Source: Felis catus
Lineage: Eukaryota
DNA length: 64,000 bases
Direction: 5' to 3'
Assembly: GCF_018350175.1 (NCBI RefSeq)
Contig: NC_058368.1
Location: 99,512,001-99,576,000, forward strand
The notes below the pieces were generated by a model, which saw only the letters and a list, made by a program, of their open reading frames with translations, made no database searches and had not been told where the DNA came from. Positions 1 to 12,810 of this stretch are shown in pieces. The position numbers were made by a program, and so were the translations under genes. Each line of letters opens with the position of its first letter. Positions within the stretch are counted from its first letter, which is position 1.

Positions 1-94
1 ACTTTCTTGTTCAGGCATATTACTTATGTCTGTTATGTTTAGATCCCTGGGCTTGACCTCTTCTCGGAGATTCCTGCTTTCTTGGTCATCTTAC

Positions 95-169
95 CTTTCC
101 TAAATTCTGTCCTTTCCTGGATTAGCTTATTCCCCCTTTGACTTTATTCTCTTTGGTTGTCTTTATGGT
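95..169 (-). other. Orphan exon-like segment, same strand as the pseudogene
   Basis: ttttcttttcttacatgtttgcag|75 nt|gtaaga; TIKTTKENKVKGGIS*SRKGQNLGK; no homology recognised. Confidence 0.3.
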
Positions 170-217
170 CTGCAAACATGTAAGAAAAGAAAAAGATTTT
201 TTTGAAAAGGAGACGTA

Positions 218-635
218 TCCTTTCCTTCCTCAGGGTTCATCTGTTGTGTTTCTCAAATTCCGCCTGAGTGAAATCATATGGCACCTTTCTTTCTCTGACT
301 GACTTATTTCACTTAGCATAATATCCTCTAGCTCCATCCATGTTGTTGCAAATGGCAAGATTTCATTCTTTTTCATCTCTGAGCAGTGTTCTGTTGTGTA
401 TATGTACACCACATCTTCTTTATCCACTCATTTAAGAGGCTCTTAAATACAGAGGACAAACTGAGGGTTGCTGGAGGGGAGGTGGGTAGGGGGGTGGGTT
501 AAATGGGTGATGGACATTAAGGAGGGCCCTTTTAGGGATGAGTACTAGGTGTCCTATGTAAGAAATGAATCGATGGGTTCTACTCCTGAAGCCAGAATAT
601 ACATTAACTAACTTGAATTTAATTTTTTAAAAAAA
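218..635. mobile_element. 5'-inverted carnivore L1 3' fragment (218-430 minus, 431-635 plus)
   Basis: ORF2 C-terminus (NEILPFATTWMELEDIMLSEISQ) on minus, abutting the following 3'UTR and A-tail on plus. Confidence 0.85.
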
Positions 636-729
636 GGTGCCTCATCATGGGTCAAGAATTTATTTTACCGTGGTAATTTCATATTATGGGCTCATAGAAC
701 TATAATTCAGTTGCTACTATCTGCCTAAA

Positions 730-900
730 GGCAGTGAAATGCAGAAATTAAGGTTATTAGCTTTGGGGTCGCACACATTGGAGTATTACCAGTATTAAGT
801 AAATTAAGTTTCTGATACCTACTTTCTTCACGTGTAAATAAATACAATATTAATACAAGTTCAACCTCATAGATAGGTAAACACTCAATAATTGCTTCAC
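730..900 (+). repeat. MIR fragment
   Basis: Diverged MIR core (aagt..att aa..t.tctg...cct.ctttctt ca.gtgtaaa). Confidence 0.45.
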
Positions 901-1970
901 ATTAATAGCTATAGTAGTAACTTGCTTCTGTGGAACAGGAATGTCTAAGTTTCAGAGGCACAAATAGGAGACACATGATATGATAATCTTCAGCTCTGTT
1001 GCTTAATGTTCTCAGATTAAGATGCTTTAATAAGCAAAACCATTATCCAGGATGCCAAAGAATAATCTAAAAAGTATGCCCTATCCCAAGTTATTTTGGT
1101 ATAATCTCAAATATGTATAAGACATTGAATAAATATCCTTTCCATTTCTTCAATTTTCTATCATTTATTTAACAGAACTAAACTTCTCCATTGATCATCA
1201 GGGCGTAAACTACCAAGGAACCGAGTGCAATTGCTTTCTGGAACTTCTATCTAGCATCTAACACCATACTCCTGTTAAATACCAACTATGAAAAGACCCA
1301 AATAACACAAGGTTATAATGGAGCTATTTCATATCTATTTTATTGCATTTCCATAGGAAAATCTTTTGTTCTTCCCTGACCAGCTTTCTCCTCTACTTTA
1401 CCCCAAACTCAAGCATGAGCCATGGACGTGTTGAGTCTTGTAATATTTGGGTATTTTTACTGAGGCTTAGTTGTTGTGACCACATTAGCTTCTGACTTGT
1501 TCTAGGTTGTAAGTCAAATTATGTCCACAAATTTTCAAAAAATGATACTGTGCAACAATAATAGCAAATATATATAACCTACCTCTGTGGAGTAACCAGA
1601 TGATACAGACAATAAACTATAAACCTTAGTTTGAGTGGCAAAATGAATATCTGAGATCAGCAGAATCCAGGTCACTACCTGCAGATGGGCTATAAGTCTG
1701 ATGATAGATGCACAAAAGAATAGGGAACAGTAAGGCCTTAATAGTAGAAGAAGCCAGACAACTTGAGCAAAGGTACTTCCTGAAGAAGGTGATTGCGTTC
1801 AGCATCCAAACTCTGTGCCCATCTGTGTGAAGGCACAGTTCAGAGCCATCTCAGCAGATGAATTGAAAGGAAAATGTGTGGCACAGTGTGTTTTCTGGGG
1901 GGGAAGAAGCAGCTATTAAGGAAATGGACTAAAACTACTAACGCTAAGAACTGGTTTAAAATATAGCAGA

Positions 1971-2175
1971 GGGGCACCAGGGTGGTTCAGTTGATTAGAG
2001 TCTTACTCTTGATTTCGGCTCAGGTCATGATTCTACGGTCATGGGATCAAGCCCTGTGTCGGGCTTCTTGCTGAGCATGGAGCCTGCTTGGGATTCCCTG
2101 TCTCTCTCCCTCTGCCTCTTTCCTCAGCTAGTGTGCTCTCTCTCAACATTAAAATCAAACCATACAAAATAAAAT
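1971..2175 (+). mobile_element. Can-SINE
   Basis: ggggcaccagggtggttcag head, (CT)n, A-tail. Confidence 0.95.
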
Positions 2176-2289
2176 AATAGAGAAAACTACCAACAACAAC
2201 CTCATTTATCTCTTGGAAATTTCAGTTGCTGGAGGAACTCATAGGGAACAGAAACAGTAATAGGGAATAGAAACAACAATCACAGAGAT

Positions 2290-3900
2290 GTTGGCATTTG
2301 TGGACATAAACCTTAAAATAGTTATTTTACATAAAGCTTTTTATGTTCAGAGTTCAAAAGAAAACCTGAACATAATGAGGAGACAAGTAGATGCTATAAG
2401 AAAAAGAATCAAATGGAAACTCCAGACCTGAACTAAACAATATTGAAGAGAAAATTTTTAAGAGATCACAGTAACAAAAAGTTAAGGGTGGTGGAAGAGA
2501 TCATACAAATACTTATCAGTAGAAAGCTAGCATGGCTATATTACCATCAACTAGGTCACATGGGGCACGTTTTATAATTATTTATTCTGTATCTTTAATA
2601 TAGATTTCTGTGTATATGTAAATATGTAAAATATAAAAAATTAAACACGCACTGAAGATATTAGTCAATGAAATCAAACAAGAGAAAGCAATTTGATGTA
2701 TAACAAATGTGAAAAAAGTGGTGGAAGTAACTTGGTTAAGAGATGACTTTTTTGTATAGCTGAAAAACTGAAAAGACTCCATGGAAAAGCTATTACAACC
2801 ATGAGAAAATTCATTAAGTGAACAGGATATAAAATTGAATCTATCTAGGGGCGCCTGGGTGGCTCAGTCGGTTAAGCGTCCCACTTAGGCTCAGGTGGTG
2901 ATCTCATGGTTGATGAGTTCAAGCTCCACATTGGGCTCTGTACTAACAGAATAGGGTCTGGAGCCTTCTTCAGATTCTGTGACTCCCTCGCTCTCTGCCC
3001 CTCCCCCACTCACACTTTGTCTCTCAAAAAAAAAAAGTTAAATTTTTTTAAAATTAAATCTATCTGTCTTCATGTATGCAAACACTATCAATTTGAAGAC
3101 ACAGCGGAAGAGAAAATGCCATTTTCAATATAAAAATAGGAAATATGACAGTAAGAAATATGTTAAACTTACAGAAAGAAAGTGTTAAGCAGATCCTAAG
3201 ACACAGTAGTAGGCTTGAGGAATGTTGAAATACCAGAGTAACACTGCCTAAAAAACCTAAGCTACCCAAACCTAAGATGAAGCCTGAATAATCAAATCTA
3301 GATGGAGAGCCCAGTACATAAGAAGTTTAATATGGGTGACATTTCAAATCAGTGAGAAAACAATAGACTGTTTAATAAATGGTGTTGGGCCACCTACATA
3401 GCTGTTTATAAAATGTTACCTCACATTGTATCTTAGGGTCATTTCCACATGGCCAGAGATTTAAAAATGTAATCCGTACCATTACTTAAAACAACATTGG
3501 TTGATTTCTTTCATAAACTTGAGTGAAAAGAAATTTTTGTTTGAATTCCAGAAACTGTGCAAGAAAATGGCAACTATTTTGATACTAAAATTCAAAGACT
3601 TTTATTTAAAAAATAAGCAAAATACAAATAAAAAGTTACAGGAAATTAATTTCTAATTCTATGACAAGAAAAAGGTTAATCTCACAAACTCATTAAAACC
3701 TCCATGTTTTCAAGTAGAAAATGTCCAAGTTCCTGATCACGCAATGGTCAAAGACCATTCTTAATTAAAGAAATGCCAATAACCTTTAAGCACATGAAAA
3801 CAATGTTTAGATTCACCCTTGATAAGAAAAAAATCAAAACAACTCTGAAAATGTTTTCTAATGTCTCAGGGTAATGAAAACCAGACAGACAACAAACTTA
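2290..3900 (+). mobile_element. Old L1 fragments
   Basis: Diverged L1 ORF1/ORF2-like purine-rich sequence. Confidence 0.6.
2848..3049 (+). mobile_element. Can-SINE
   Basis: ggggcgcctgggtggctcag head; TSD aaaatt(g/a)aatctatct. Confidence 0.95.
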
Positions 3901-3973
3901 GTAGAAAAGGGATCATTTTATTTATCGCTATATGGATGGTGTTCAACAATATCTATCTTATTTCAAAGCAAGC

Positions 3974-4178
3974 TTTTTTTTTTTAATGTTTATTTTTTGA
4001 GAGACAAAGCACAAATTGGGGGAGGGCAGCAGAGAGAAAGGGAGACACAGACTGGGAAGCAGGCTCCAGGCTCTGAGCTGTCAGCACAGAGCCCAACACG
4101 GGGCTCAAACCCACGAATTGGGAGATCATGACCTGAGCCAAAGTTGACACTTAACTGACTGAGCCACCCAGGTGCCCC
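3974..4178 (-). mobile_element. Can-SINE
   Basis: Reverse-complement SINE ending ccacccaggtgcccc. Confidence 0.95.
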
Positions 4179-4725
4179 AGGGTAGTTACATTTTTAACTT
4201 TTTGAGGAACCTCCCTACTGTTTTCCACAGTGGCTACCCCAGTTTACATTCCCACAAACAGTACAAGAGGGGTCCCAACAATTGTTGTTTCCTATGTTGT
4301 TGATTTTAGCCATTCTGACAGGTGTGAGGTGAAACCTTGCTGTAGTTTTGATTTGCATTTCCCTGATGATCAGTGATGTTGAGCACCTCATCACGTGTCT
4401 GTTGGCCATCTGGTTGTCTTCTTGAAGAAATACCTGTTCGTGTCTTCGGTCAATTCTTAACTGGATACTTTGTGTTTTTTGTTTGTTTGTTTGCTTGTTT
4501 GGTGTTGCGTTTTATAAGTTCTTTGTATATTTTGGAAACTCCCTTTTTATCAGATATGCCATTTGCAAGTATCTTCTCACTTTCTGTAGGTTGCCTTTTA
4601 TTTATTTTTTATTGTTTGCTTCCCTGTGCAGAATCTTTTTATTTTGACTTAGTCCCAATAGTTTATTTTTTATTTTGTTTCTTTTGCTTCTGGAGGCATA
4701 TCTAGAAAGAAATTGCTATGGCAGC
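4179..4725 (-). mobile_element. L1 ORF2 fragment
   Basis: [23 protein letters not shown], an L1 ORF2 C-terminal motif. Confidence 0.9.
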
Positions 4726-5029
4726 ATATTGATATCTTAATAGTCTTTTTTTCATCATCTCAGTGGAGATATGTGCAGAGTTGATAGAGCACGTGTCAGA
4801 ATTGTACACCACCCAGTGCCACTGAAGGCAAAAGGGGTTGCCAAATTTATCCGTATAATTGAAGATTTCTAAAGCAATAGTAAGCTAGCGTCACTGATGC
4901 GTGCATTAGTCAGAATCACCTCTGAGATAGTGTGCGTCTTTAAACACTATCTGGTGAATTTAAGTGGAAATTGTAAGTTTTACCTGCTTCATAAAGAACA
5001 AAACTAAGTTTGCACTAAGAGCAGTTATT

Positions 5030-5600
5030 GTCACTCTTTTAAGTCAGAGATAAATCTTAACATCACCAATGGTGGGAGAACAGAGCAGGACAGGCCTCCT
5101 GACACGATGAAATCTGAAATGTACAGCGTCATCTCTTCAGTAATCTTGCCCAAATCATTTAACTTGAATCTCTTTGGGTCTTAAGATAAAACATCCATTT
5201 TTCCAGTAATAAAAGGTTGTTGGATTGTCAAATGCCACTGTAACAGACCGATGCAGAAGGTAGGAAACCTCTACAGAGCAAAACATTCATTCCCGTGTCA
5301 AAGGGAAGACACATTAAACAGACAGATTAAAACATTAAACAGACAGATTAAAAAGGCCACCGAAAGGTTAGATTATTGGATAATTATCACTTCAATGAGC
5401 TATAGATGATAGTGGGGGAAATAGAGAAAATATGAATATAGATCGGCTATTAGATATAGTTAGAAGATAATTGCTCCTTTTGTTATGTCTGCTAATCATG
5501 TCACAGTTACTATGTAAAGGAGTTCTTATTTTTTAGAGATTCACAGGAAAGTATTCATTGTTGAAATGTAATGATGCCTGCAGTTTATTTTAGAATACTC
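5030..5600 (+). mobile_element. Ancient L1 (L1ME/MC-like) 3' fragment
   Basis: cctcctga...aacttgaatct motif typical of old L1 3'UTRs. Confidence 0.55.
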
Positions 5601-5692
5601 TTGAAAACATAGTTGAGGTGAATAGTTTTAATTCTTCAAGGTAATATACCTACAAGTTTTCATTTTCTTCTGCACATTCCATTTGTTTCAAG

Positions 5693-5914
5693 TTTTTTTT
5701 AACGTTTATTTATTTTTGAGAGAGAGTGAGACCATATGAGAGACAGAGCACAAGCAGGACAGGGGCAGAGAGAGAGAGAGACACAAAATCCAAAGCAGGT
5801 TCCAGGCTCTGAGCTGTCAGCACGGAGCCCAATGTGGGGCTCAAATCCACGAACTGCGAGATCATGACTTGAGCTGAAGTTGGAAGCTTAACCAACTGAG
5901 CCACCTGGGCACAC
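5693..5914 (-). mobile_element. Can-SINE
   Basis: SINE consensus on minus. Confidence 0.95.
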
Positions 5915-6010
5915 CTTGCATATTCTATTTGTTTTAAATGTTTCTGTAACTAAAAGGAAAAACAAAAAGACTGATTGGAGTTTTATTGCTTCTTGTACTT
6001 TTCTTTTCAC

Positions 6011-6086
6011 CCATCCAGATAAACTCCAGAAGGAATCTGAACTCCGTCCATAACGACATTATTAAACTCAGACATGTAGATGACTC
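6011..6086 (-). pseudogene. Exon remnant, REJ module
   Basis: ttttcttacag|ESSTC (frameshift) EFNNVVMDGVQIPSGVYLDG vs PKD1 ECVSCKAQAVYEVSRSSYVYLEG. Confidence 0.65.
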
Positions 6087-6179
6087 CTGTAAGAAAAAAA
6101 AAATTCAAACCGACCTTTATAATTGTTTGAAGACAAGGGCATGTGTTTTGTAACTGAAAAATAAAAATATATGTTATCA

Positions 6180-6362
6180 GGGTACCTGGGTGACTCAGCT
6201 GGTTAAGCATCCAACTCTTGGTTTTGGCTCAGGTCATGAACTCACAGTTCGTGAGTTCGAGCCCTGCATCAGGCTCTGCACTGACAGCTCAGAGACTGTC
6301 TGGGATTCTCTCTTCCCCTCTCTCTCTGCCCCTCCTCTGCTTTCTCTGTCTCTAAAAATAAA
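6180..6362 (+). mobile_element. Can-SINE
   Basis: SINE head, body and tail. Confidence 0.95.
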
Positions 6363-6363
6363 C

Positions 6364-6403
<40 letters not shown>

Positions 6404-6635
6404 ATATATATATGTGTACATATATATATATGTATATATATGTATACATATGTATATATGTATATATATGTGTATATATATATGTACATATATATGTATA
6501 TATATACACATATATATATCATATATATCACATATATATCACATATATCACATACATATCACATATATATATCACATATATATAAACATATATATATCAC
6601 ATATATATAATCATATATATATATATAGATATATA
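6363..6635. repeat. Compound (TA)n/(TG)n/(TATATCACA)-like microsatellite
   Basis: Directly visible; grown from the SINE tail. Confidence 0.95.
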
Positions 6636-6639
6636 TTAC

Positions 6640-6722
6640 CATAGATATCAGGATATTTAACTTATTGTCAGTTTTTCAAAAAGACTAGGGATCAGCAGCT
6701 ACCTTGGAAAGTGAATAAACAC
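6640..6722 (-). pseudogene. Exon remnant, REJ module
   Basis: ttctcag|[26 protein letters not shown]|gtaata vs PKD1 GVEYTFSLTV...VPIVSL. Confidence 0.5.
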
Positions 6723-7481
6723 CTGAGAATCGTAAATGTTTGAAATTTGTATTGGTCTATAAAAGTATTATCCATCTGTTTTCTTAAATATATTCAAATA
6801 CTTTTTTAAACCCATTTTGTGTTTATTTGACAACCTTACCATTTTTGTAGAAAATAAACTTTATTTTCCCTAATCCCTTTCACCTTCCTCTTTGATCTTA
6901 TTCTAGTAGGGGATAGGGAAGAATTTAATGAGTAATACCAGCATAAAAATTAGTTTATAGCCAGTATAACTAATCTGTTTGATCATTCGAAAAATATGGC
7001 TACAGTGTAGTGTGTATAAATCTGGATCTATGTACTAAATTGAGCTAACTATCAAATCATGAAATAAATTGAGTCACCTCAAATTGCCTTTTAGTTAATC
7101 TCTACTGTGTCAAGCAAGTGAGTTAAACTCCTGAGTTTGAAATTTGTGGGATGAGATGAAATTCTCTATCATTCCCCACCCACACTAGCCATTTGATCTC
7201 ATCAGGTCTTATGTTTGTACACAGTAGATGAAACGTAATTAACGCAGGGTAAGAGCCTTAGGAAAAAGTCAATTGCATCAAAGAGAAAAAAAAAAAAAGT
7301 ACAACATAACCCAAAGCTAAAATCAAATAAAATGCAGATTTGCAACTGGCTCAAAATTAATACAACAACTGCACCCTGGAAAAGAAGATTTAATAGCTTG
7401 TGTTATTACAATTTCTCTATTATTAGAAGGGATATTGTTTGGAGCATATTAAAAATCCCATCAAGCAACACTGGAACTTAC

Positions 7482-7528
7482 TCTTTAAAGAGAAATATTA
7501 AGAAAATATAATATCTTATTAAAATCAC
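7482..7528 (-). pseudogene. Short exon remnant, REJ module
   Basis: ttatttccacag|GDFNKILYFLNISL*|gtaagt; strong splice sites, weak homology. Confidence 0.4.
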
Positions 7529-7974
7529 CTGTGGAAATAACAAAACCACAACATATCATCAAAATAAGAAAACATGTTATTCGCTAATGCAAATTAGGAA
7601 TTTAATAAACTTGGAAATTTAAATTTTTATGCAAGTCGAAGAATCTTGTGATCCTGGATCTGTAGTATATGTTATTTTCATAAAGATGATTATGAAGTTT
7701 AATGCCTAATTAGCATGCAACTAATAATAGTAGGATAATTGACTAGTATGCAGGTATGATACATATAGTTCCATACCTCTTATATAAAAATAATTTCCAT
7801 TCTAACCATTTGAAATGGACTTGTCAATTTCACCTAATCAACAGAAGGGTGAAGTATATCTGGCATTTAACTTTATTTAAAAATGAAATAATGTGAGAGC
7901 ATCAAATAGATTAAGCTTTTCTGTTGATGTTATTTTTTTTTGTTGTTGTTTCCTTTCAGGTTAGCTTTATGTAA

Positions 7975-8087
7975 ATAAAACCTCTTCAGAAGATCCAGAA
8001 TAGCACCTGGTGTTTAGGTAGACTTGCCCCATCATGACTAATATGCACTTAGTGTTTCTATAGTAGTCAGAGTTGTAATTTATTGGT
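7975..8087 (-). pseudogene. Exon remnant, REJ module
   Basis: Phase-1 continuation DQ*ITTLTTIETLSAY (frameshift) ISHDGASLPKHQVL (frameshift) LD vs PKD1 VTVAPERLVPIIEGG...DLVLD. Confidence 0.45.
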
Positions 8088-8259
8088 CTATATTGTTTTT
8101 CACAAAATAAAATAAGCAAACTTATTTTTTTAGGAGAAAAGGCACAAAAAAGTTATGAAAAACAAAAGGGAGTGGTCAGCTTTAAACATGCTGGAGAATG
8201 TTTTCCTCCTCTACAAACCTTTATAAATGGCTTCTCAAATGTCATCGTGATAGACTTAC

Positions 8260-8362
8260 CTTTTTTGTATGTTAACACTGAACTACCAAAATGCACTTCT
8301 ACTGTCAAATGGTAGTTACCCTGAGTAATCATAATCAGTATTTGTTTCCCTCAATTAGTTAC
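8260..8362 (-). pseudogene. Exon remnant, REJ module
   Basis: ttttcag|VTN*GKQILIMITQGNYHLTVEVHFGSSVLTYKK|gtaagt vs PKD1 LPVGHYCFVFVVSFGDTPLT. Confidence 0.7.
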
Positions 8363-8544
8363 CTGAAAATGTTACCGGATAGGTTTTTAAAAGAAATCAA
8401 ATAAATACACACTTTTGGATAATTGTCTACATAAAATATTAAGTCGCTATAGGTTAGTAGATAGTAGAGATTATTTACTCACTTTTAAAATTAACCTATT
8501 ACTCAAGTGAATCCATATAAATAGGTGTTATTAAGAATTTTTCT

Positions 8545-8794
8545 TCTTTTAAAAATTTTTAATTTTTTTCAAATTTTTAAAATTTATTTTTGAGAGGGAG
8601 GGAGAGAGAGAGAGAGCGTGCATGCACACACAAGCAGGGGAGGGGCAGAGAGAGAGGGAGACACAGAATCTGAAGCAGGCTCCAGGCTCTGAGCTGTCAG
8701 CACAGGGCCCCACACGGGGCTCAGAATCATGAACTGCGAGATCATGATCTTAGCCGAAATCAGATGCTTAACCAACTGAGCCAACCTGGCACCC
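8545..8794 (-). mobile_element. Can-SINE
   Basis: SINE consensus on minus. Confidence 0.95.
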
Positions 8795-8869
8795 CAGATT
8801 TGTTCATATTTAGTACGTTCAAGGGATTTAACTCAAATTGAAGTGAGTTGATACGTAACTGTGCAGACT

Positions 8870-9050
8870 ATGGTACCAAATCACTTGTGTATGACCTTGG
8901 CTGTCTCTCTTTCACTTTGTGGCTTTGGGCAAGTTACTAATGCTGTGTGTGCCAATTTCCCAGGGTGCAAATGGGGGACATAATGCCTAATTTTCCCAGC
9001 ATTAGTTGGAATACTGTTTGCATATACCAAGTGTTCAATAGAGGTTGCCC
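8870..9050 (+). repeat. MIR
   Basis: gtggctttgggcaagttactaa...tgcaaatggggaca. Confidence 0.65.
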
Positions 9051-10326
9051 ATTAATAGCATTTGTTCAGGTATTTAAAACAATAACAACAACAATAATTT
9101 CCAGATGGTACACATGTTTTAAATGCCAAAAAATAAATCAGAAGATAACTTGTTTTATTATGTTGGAGGAGAGAACCCTTTCGAATTATGTCCCAGCCTA
9201 TAAGAAATGTAAGAATATGAGGGAAATGGTCAGCAGCTGGCTTGAAATCTAATCCCTCCTTTTACCAAGAGGTTGCCGCCAGCAATGAAAGAAGGAAAGT
9301 GACCCAGACAAGTCGGGAAAATACACGAATGGCAGACCTGCAGGCAAGTTCACTTAATGGTATTTCTACGGTAGAGACAGACAGCCCTTGTCTCTAGTGC
9401 ACTTTAGGAGCGTGTAATTGGTGTGTCTAGATTATTTATGGTAAATTCAAAGGGAGTCTGTATAATTATGGGTCATATAAAACACTATGTTATTTATACT
9501 GTCAGAGTACAAAGCAATGGTATGCTGTAAGACAGCCCCCTTCTGCATAAACGATCTGATCACATACAAAACTTGAAGACCTCACACTTTAATTAATCTG
9601 ACCCAGGCAAAGAAAATCCTAATATCGAAAGCAGGGACCTGGGGGGTTCTCTTGGTGAACTCAACTACTTAAGGCTCTGCAGCAGGACAGTGTCTTCCTA
9701 TATTCACTCAGTTATCATTAAAACTTAATACTGGTTAAAATCTCTTAATTTGTGCTGATCTAAGCAGCCTGGGGCTTGAAAAGGTGTCTCCTTGAGAGGT
9801 TGGCCTCAGGGATACTGAGCCTCGTGCCATCTCTTCTCAAGCAGCTGATTCTCACTGTGATGCAAAATGCCTCGGTCCATGTCATTATTCCAGCTTGTTG
9901 TCTTCCAACGACTGGATGCTTTTAGGAAGATTTGTATGTAATAAAGTATCTTTATGTTTCTATGGTCTCAGTTTTGTATGAATTTCTTCATCTACCTTTT
10001 CCTGAAGTAGACTTTGAGGTCTCTCTAAGGCCAGAGTCCATGTTATTCCTTACCTACATGTGATGAACTTTGCCCCCGACAAATCATCACTCCTCCCCCA
10101 CCATGTCCAATGTATGTGGCTGATGTCATGATGAAGAGCCAGCACATTGTGCTACCAATCCCCCTATAGTTTACAAGACAGGTAAATGGTACTTTAACAC
10201 TTCAGGAAGCCCTGTTGATCTATAAAGTTCAGTTCTCAGAGCGAATTGTGTTTGTGATCCCTAGTTTACGGTACTGTCTATGAGGAGCAGTCTGACTGTG
10301 CGGGCAGACTGAGCATTAGAAATAGA

Positions 10327-10539
10327 TTTTTTTTTTCAACGTTTATTTATTTTTGGGACAGAGAAAGACAGAGCATGAATGGGGGAGGGGCAGAGAGAGA
10401 GGGAGACACAGAATCGGAAACAGGCTCCAGGCTCCGAGCCATCAGCCCAGAACCTGACGCGGGGCTCGAACTCACGGACCGCGAGATCGTGACCTGGCTG
10501 AAGTCGGATGCTCAACCGACTGCGCCACCCAGGCGACCC
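10327..10539 (-). mobile_element. Young felid SINE (SINEC_Fc type)
   Basis: CpG-rich, near consensus; TSD tagaaataga. Confidence 0.95.
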
Positions 10540-11231
10540 TAGAAATAGAAATAAAATACTGGGAAAGAAAGGCTTGGGACATGTCTAGGGATGGAGAGAG
10601 AATTGCCGAGTCAGGGGCAAAGTCACGGTGAGAAATAAAACAGAGTCCAAAGAAGTAGAAACATTTCAGTTTGGAATGTCCTGGAACTATTTTCCTGTAC
10701 GTATGGGTCAGTGTTTATAAATATATCACATCAACTTTCAATCAAGAATGCGTTCACCCCATGTAAAAGTACTTGACTTAGCTCTCTGGAGGTACAAGCG
10801 TGGCTGAGAATGTGTCCCGCAGCTCTCAGAGGAAGCTTTATGTGTATACATTCGATACATTAAAAGATATTTAGCATCAGTGCACTATTAATTAATGTGC
10901 TGTTTGTAGGATGGGTGTATGTTCCATGCGCTGCCTCTGGCTAAAACACCCGCCTGTTAATTTCATCTCTGTGTTGTATAAGGATCCTGTGCTTTGTTGT
11001 TGTTTGCCTTTTTAAAAGCATGCATATGCCATGTTAGTCGACTTCAGTACCTAAATACAAGAATATGGTAAGTGTTCTATAACATACGTCCAGCCAGGCA
11101 ACAAAGGTGGTGACGACAGGCTGTCATGAAAACCAGCAGGCATAAGATGTATTAAACAGCAGCACTGTTTTTGGAAAAGCAGAAGTAACAGGATGAACAA
11201 AGGTAGTTAATGCATCAAGTACTGAACTTTA

Positions 11232-11392
11232 GGGAAGTCTGGGTGACTCAATCAGTCAGGCGTCCGACTCTTGGTTTCAGCTCAGGTCATGATCTAGCGG
11301 TTCATGGGTTCAAGCCCCAAGTCAGGCTCTGCGCTGACAGCTTGGATCCTGCTTGGCACTCTCTCTCAAAATAAATAAATAAAACTAAAAAA
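11232..11392 (+). mobile_element. Can-SINE (shortened)
   Basis: SINE head and tail. Confidence 0.9.
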
Positions 11393-12199
11393 ATACAGAA
11401 CTTTAATAAAAATCTCTTGTGACAGTATATTTTTTTATTGCCAAGTGCTTAAACCAAAAACTAACAGAAAAAGCTGGCTTGTTTCAAATGTCCACTTTGC
11501 CCTGAGCCAAATCTTGAAGTGTACACAGAATTTTTATAATAAAACCCCTAATATGTGAATAGATGGTGATTAAAAGTGAACTTGACCTTATGCATAATAT
11601 AGAAGTAAATCAAAATCTTCCACGATCTCTGCTTCAGTTACACCAGACTTTTTTCATGTTACCAAGTGTCTGGTTTTTTGGTTTGTTTGTTTGTTTGTTT
11701 GTTTGGGTTTTTTTTGCCCTGTACTTCACAGTCCTTGCTACTCCACTGCCTTTATGTGAGAAAAACAGAAGTGCTTACTGATTGGCCTTAGTGATTTATG
11801 GGGGTTTTTGGCAACAGGCTACCTTGGAAAGAAAGCATGTCCTTATAGAGTGATTTCATCTGAACTCAGTTTCCTGCAGGACTGGGTCCCTAGGTGCTGG
11901 GTAGACTGCATTTCCAGCCCTTCTACCCCAGTAAGTGAGCTCAGCTGCTTGTGTGTTCAAGTAGTCTGTTTCTCTTTCAGTCCCAAACCACTCTCATGCT
12001 AACCCTGTAACATGGAAGCATAGAAAAAGGAGCAAGGTCCTCCCCAACAGCCCACATGGCACTCTGCACTCCATTGTGCCGTTCTGCAAGTTTCAGAGTG
12101 AATGGGTGGCCATGCTTCATTTCATCCTGACTTGTTTCTTCAGTACCAGGTAGAAACCTTGCTGGTTGCCCCAAGACCTTCATACATCATGGTGCTTGG

Positions 12200-12810
12200 G
12201 AAGATGTACCCCACATCTTGCTAATTCATTTCACTGTTCAGACCTCAGCTTATATACTTCTTTTTCACAGGTTTTTCTAAATCCCCCTAGTTCATCTCAT
12301 TTACACACTCTTAAAGCTTCCTACAATTTTTATAGGTATATTTATGTAGCGCTCATAATACTCTAGGTAGGGATATTTATTTAAACATTGTCTTCCATAT
12401 GGGCTGTAATATTCTTGAGAGCCAGGATAAAGTGTATTTTCCTTACTGTTGAATACGTGGATTATGGAAAAGACTCAGTTCAAATAAGCAGTTGTTAAAT
12501 AAATGGTTGAAGGGAATACCAACTGAGTAAAGAAAGTATAGATATTTATTATCTGTGAGTGTTATTATCCACTTCTTGTTGGATAAGATAAACACGTATA
12601 GCCCATTTTCAGAATTTCGGTGAATGGATTTGATAAACCGTGCATTAAGGAGTTAATTGATATTCATGGATTCATTCTATAGCTACTTAGAAATTGCTCG
12701 TTGTATGCCTGGCCCTGTCCTGGGCCCTGGGGATATAGTGTTGGGCAACACATACAGTTTCTAACGTGGCTTACAGCTCTGTGGACAAGACAGACAACAA
12801 TTGATGATAC
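12200..12810. repeat. L2 3' fragments in both orientations
   Basis: L2-end motifs (ttgttaaataaatg; ttcatggattcatt...gcctggccctgtcctgggccctgggg). Confidence 0.55.

Noticed and set aside
1165..1271. Minus-strand segment after an aacag acceptor (EYGVRC*IEVPESNCTRFLG)
   Set aside because: No clear donor and no convincing motif; may still belong to the pseudogene.
6019..6088. Plus-strand exon-like segment (ccag|INSRRNLNSVHNDIIKLRHVDDS|gtaag)
   Set aside because: No recognisable homology or partner exons; the minus-strand reading fits the REJ series.
6190..6644. Several overlapping ORFs of 74-131 aa
   Set aside because: Read-through of a SINE and a TA/CA microsatellite (YIYI repeats).
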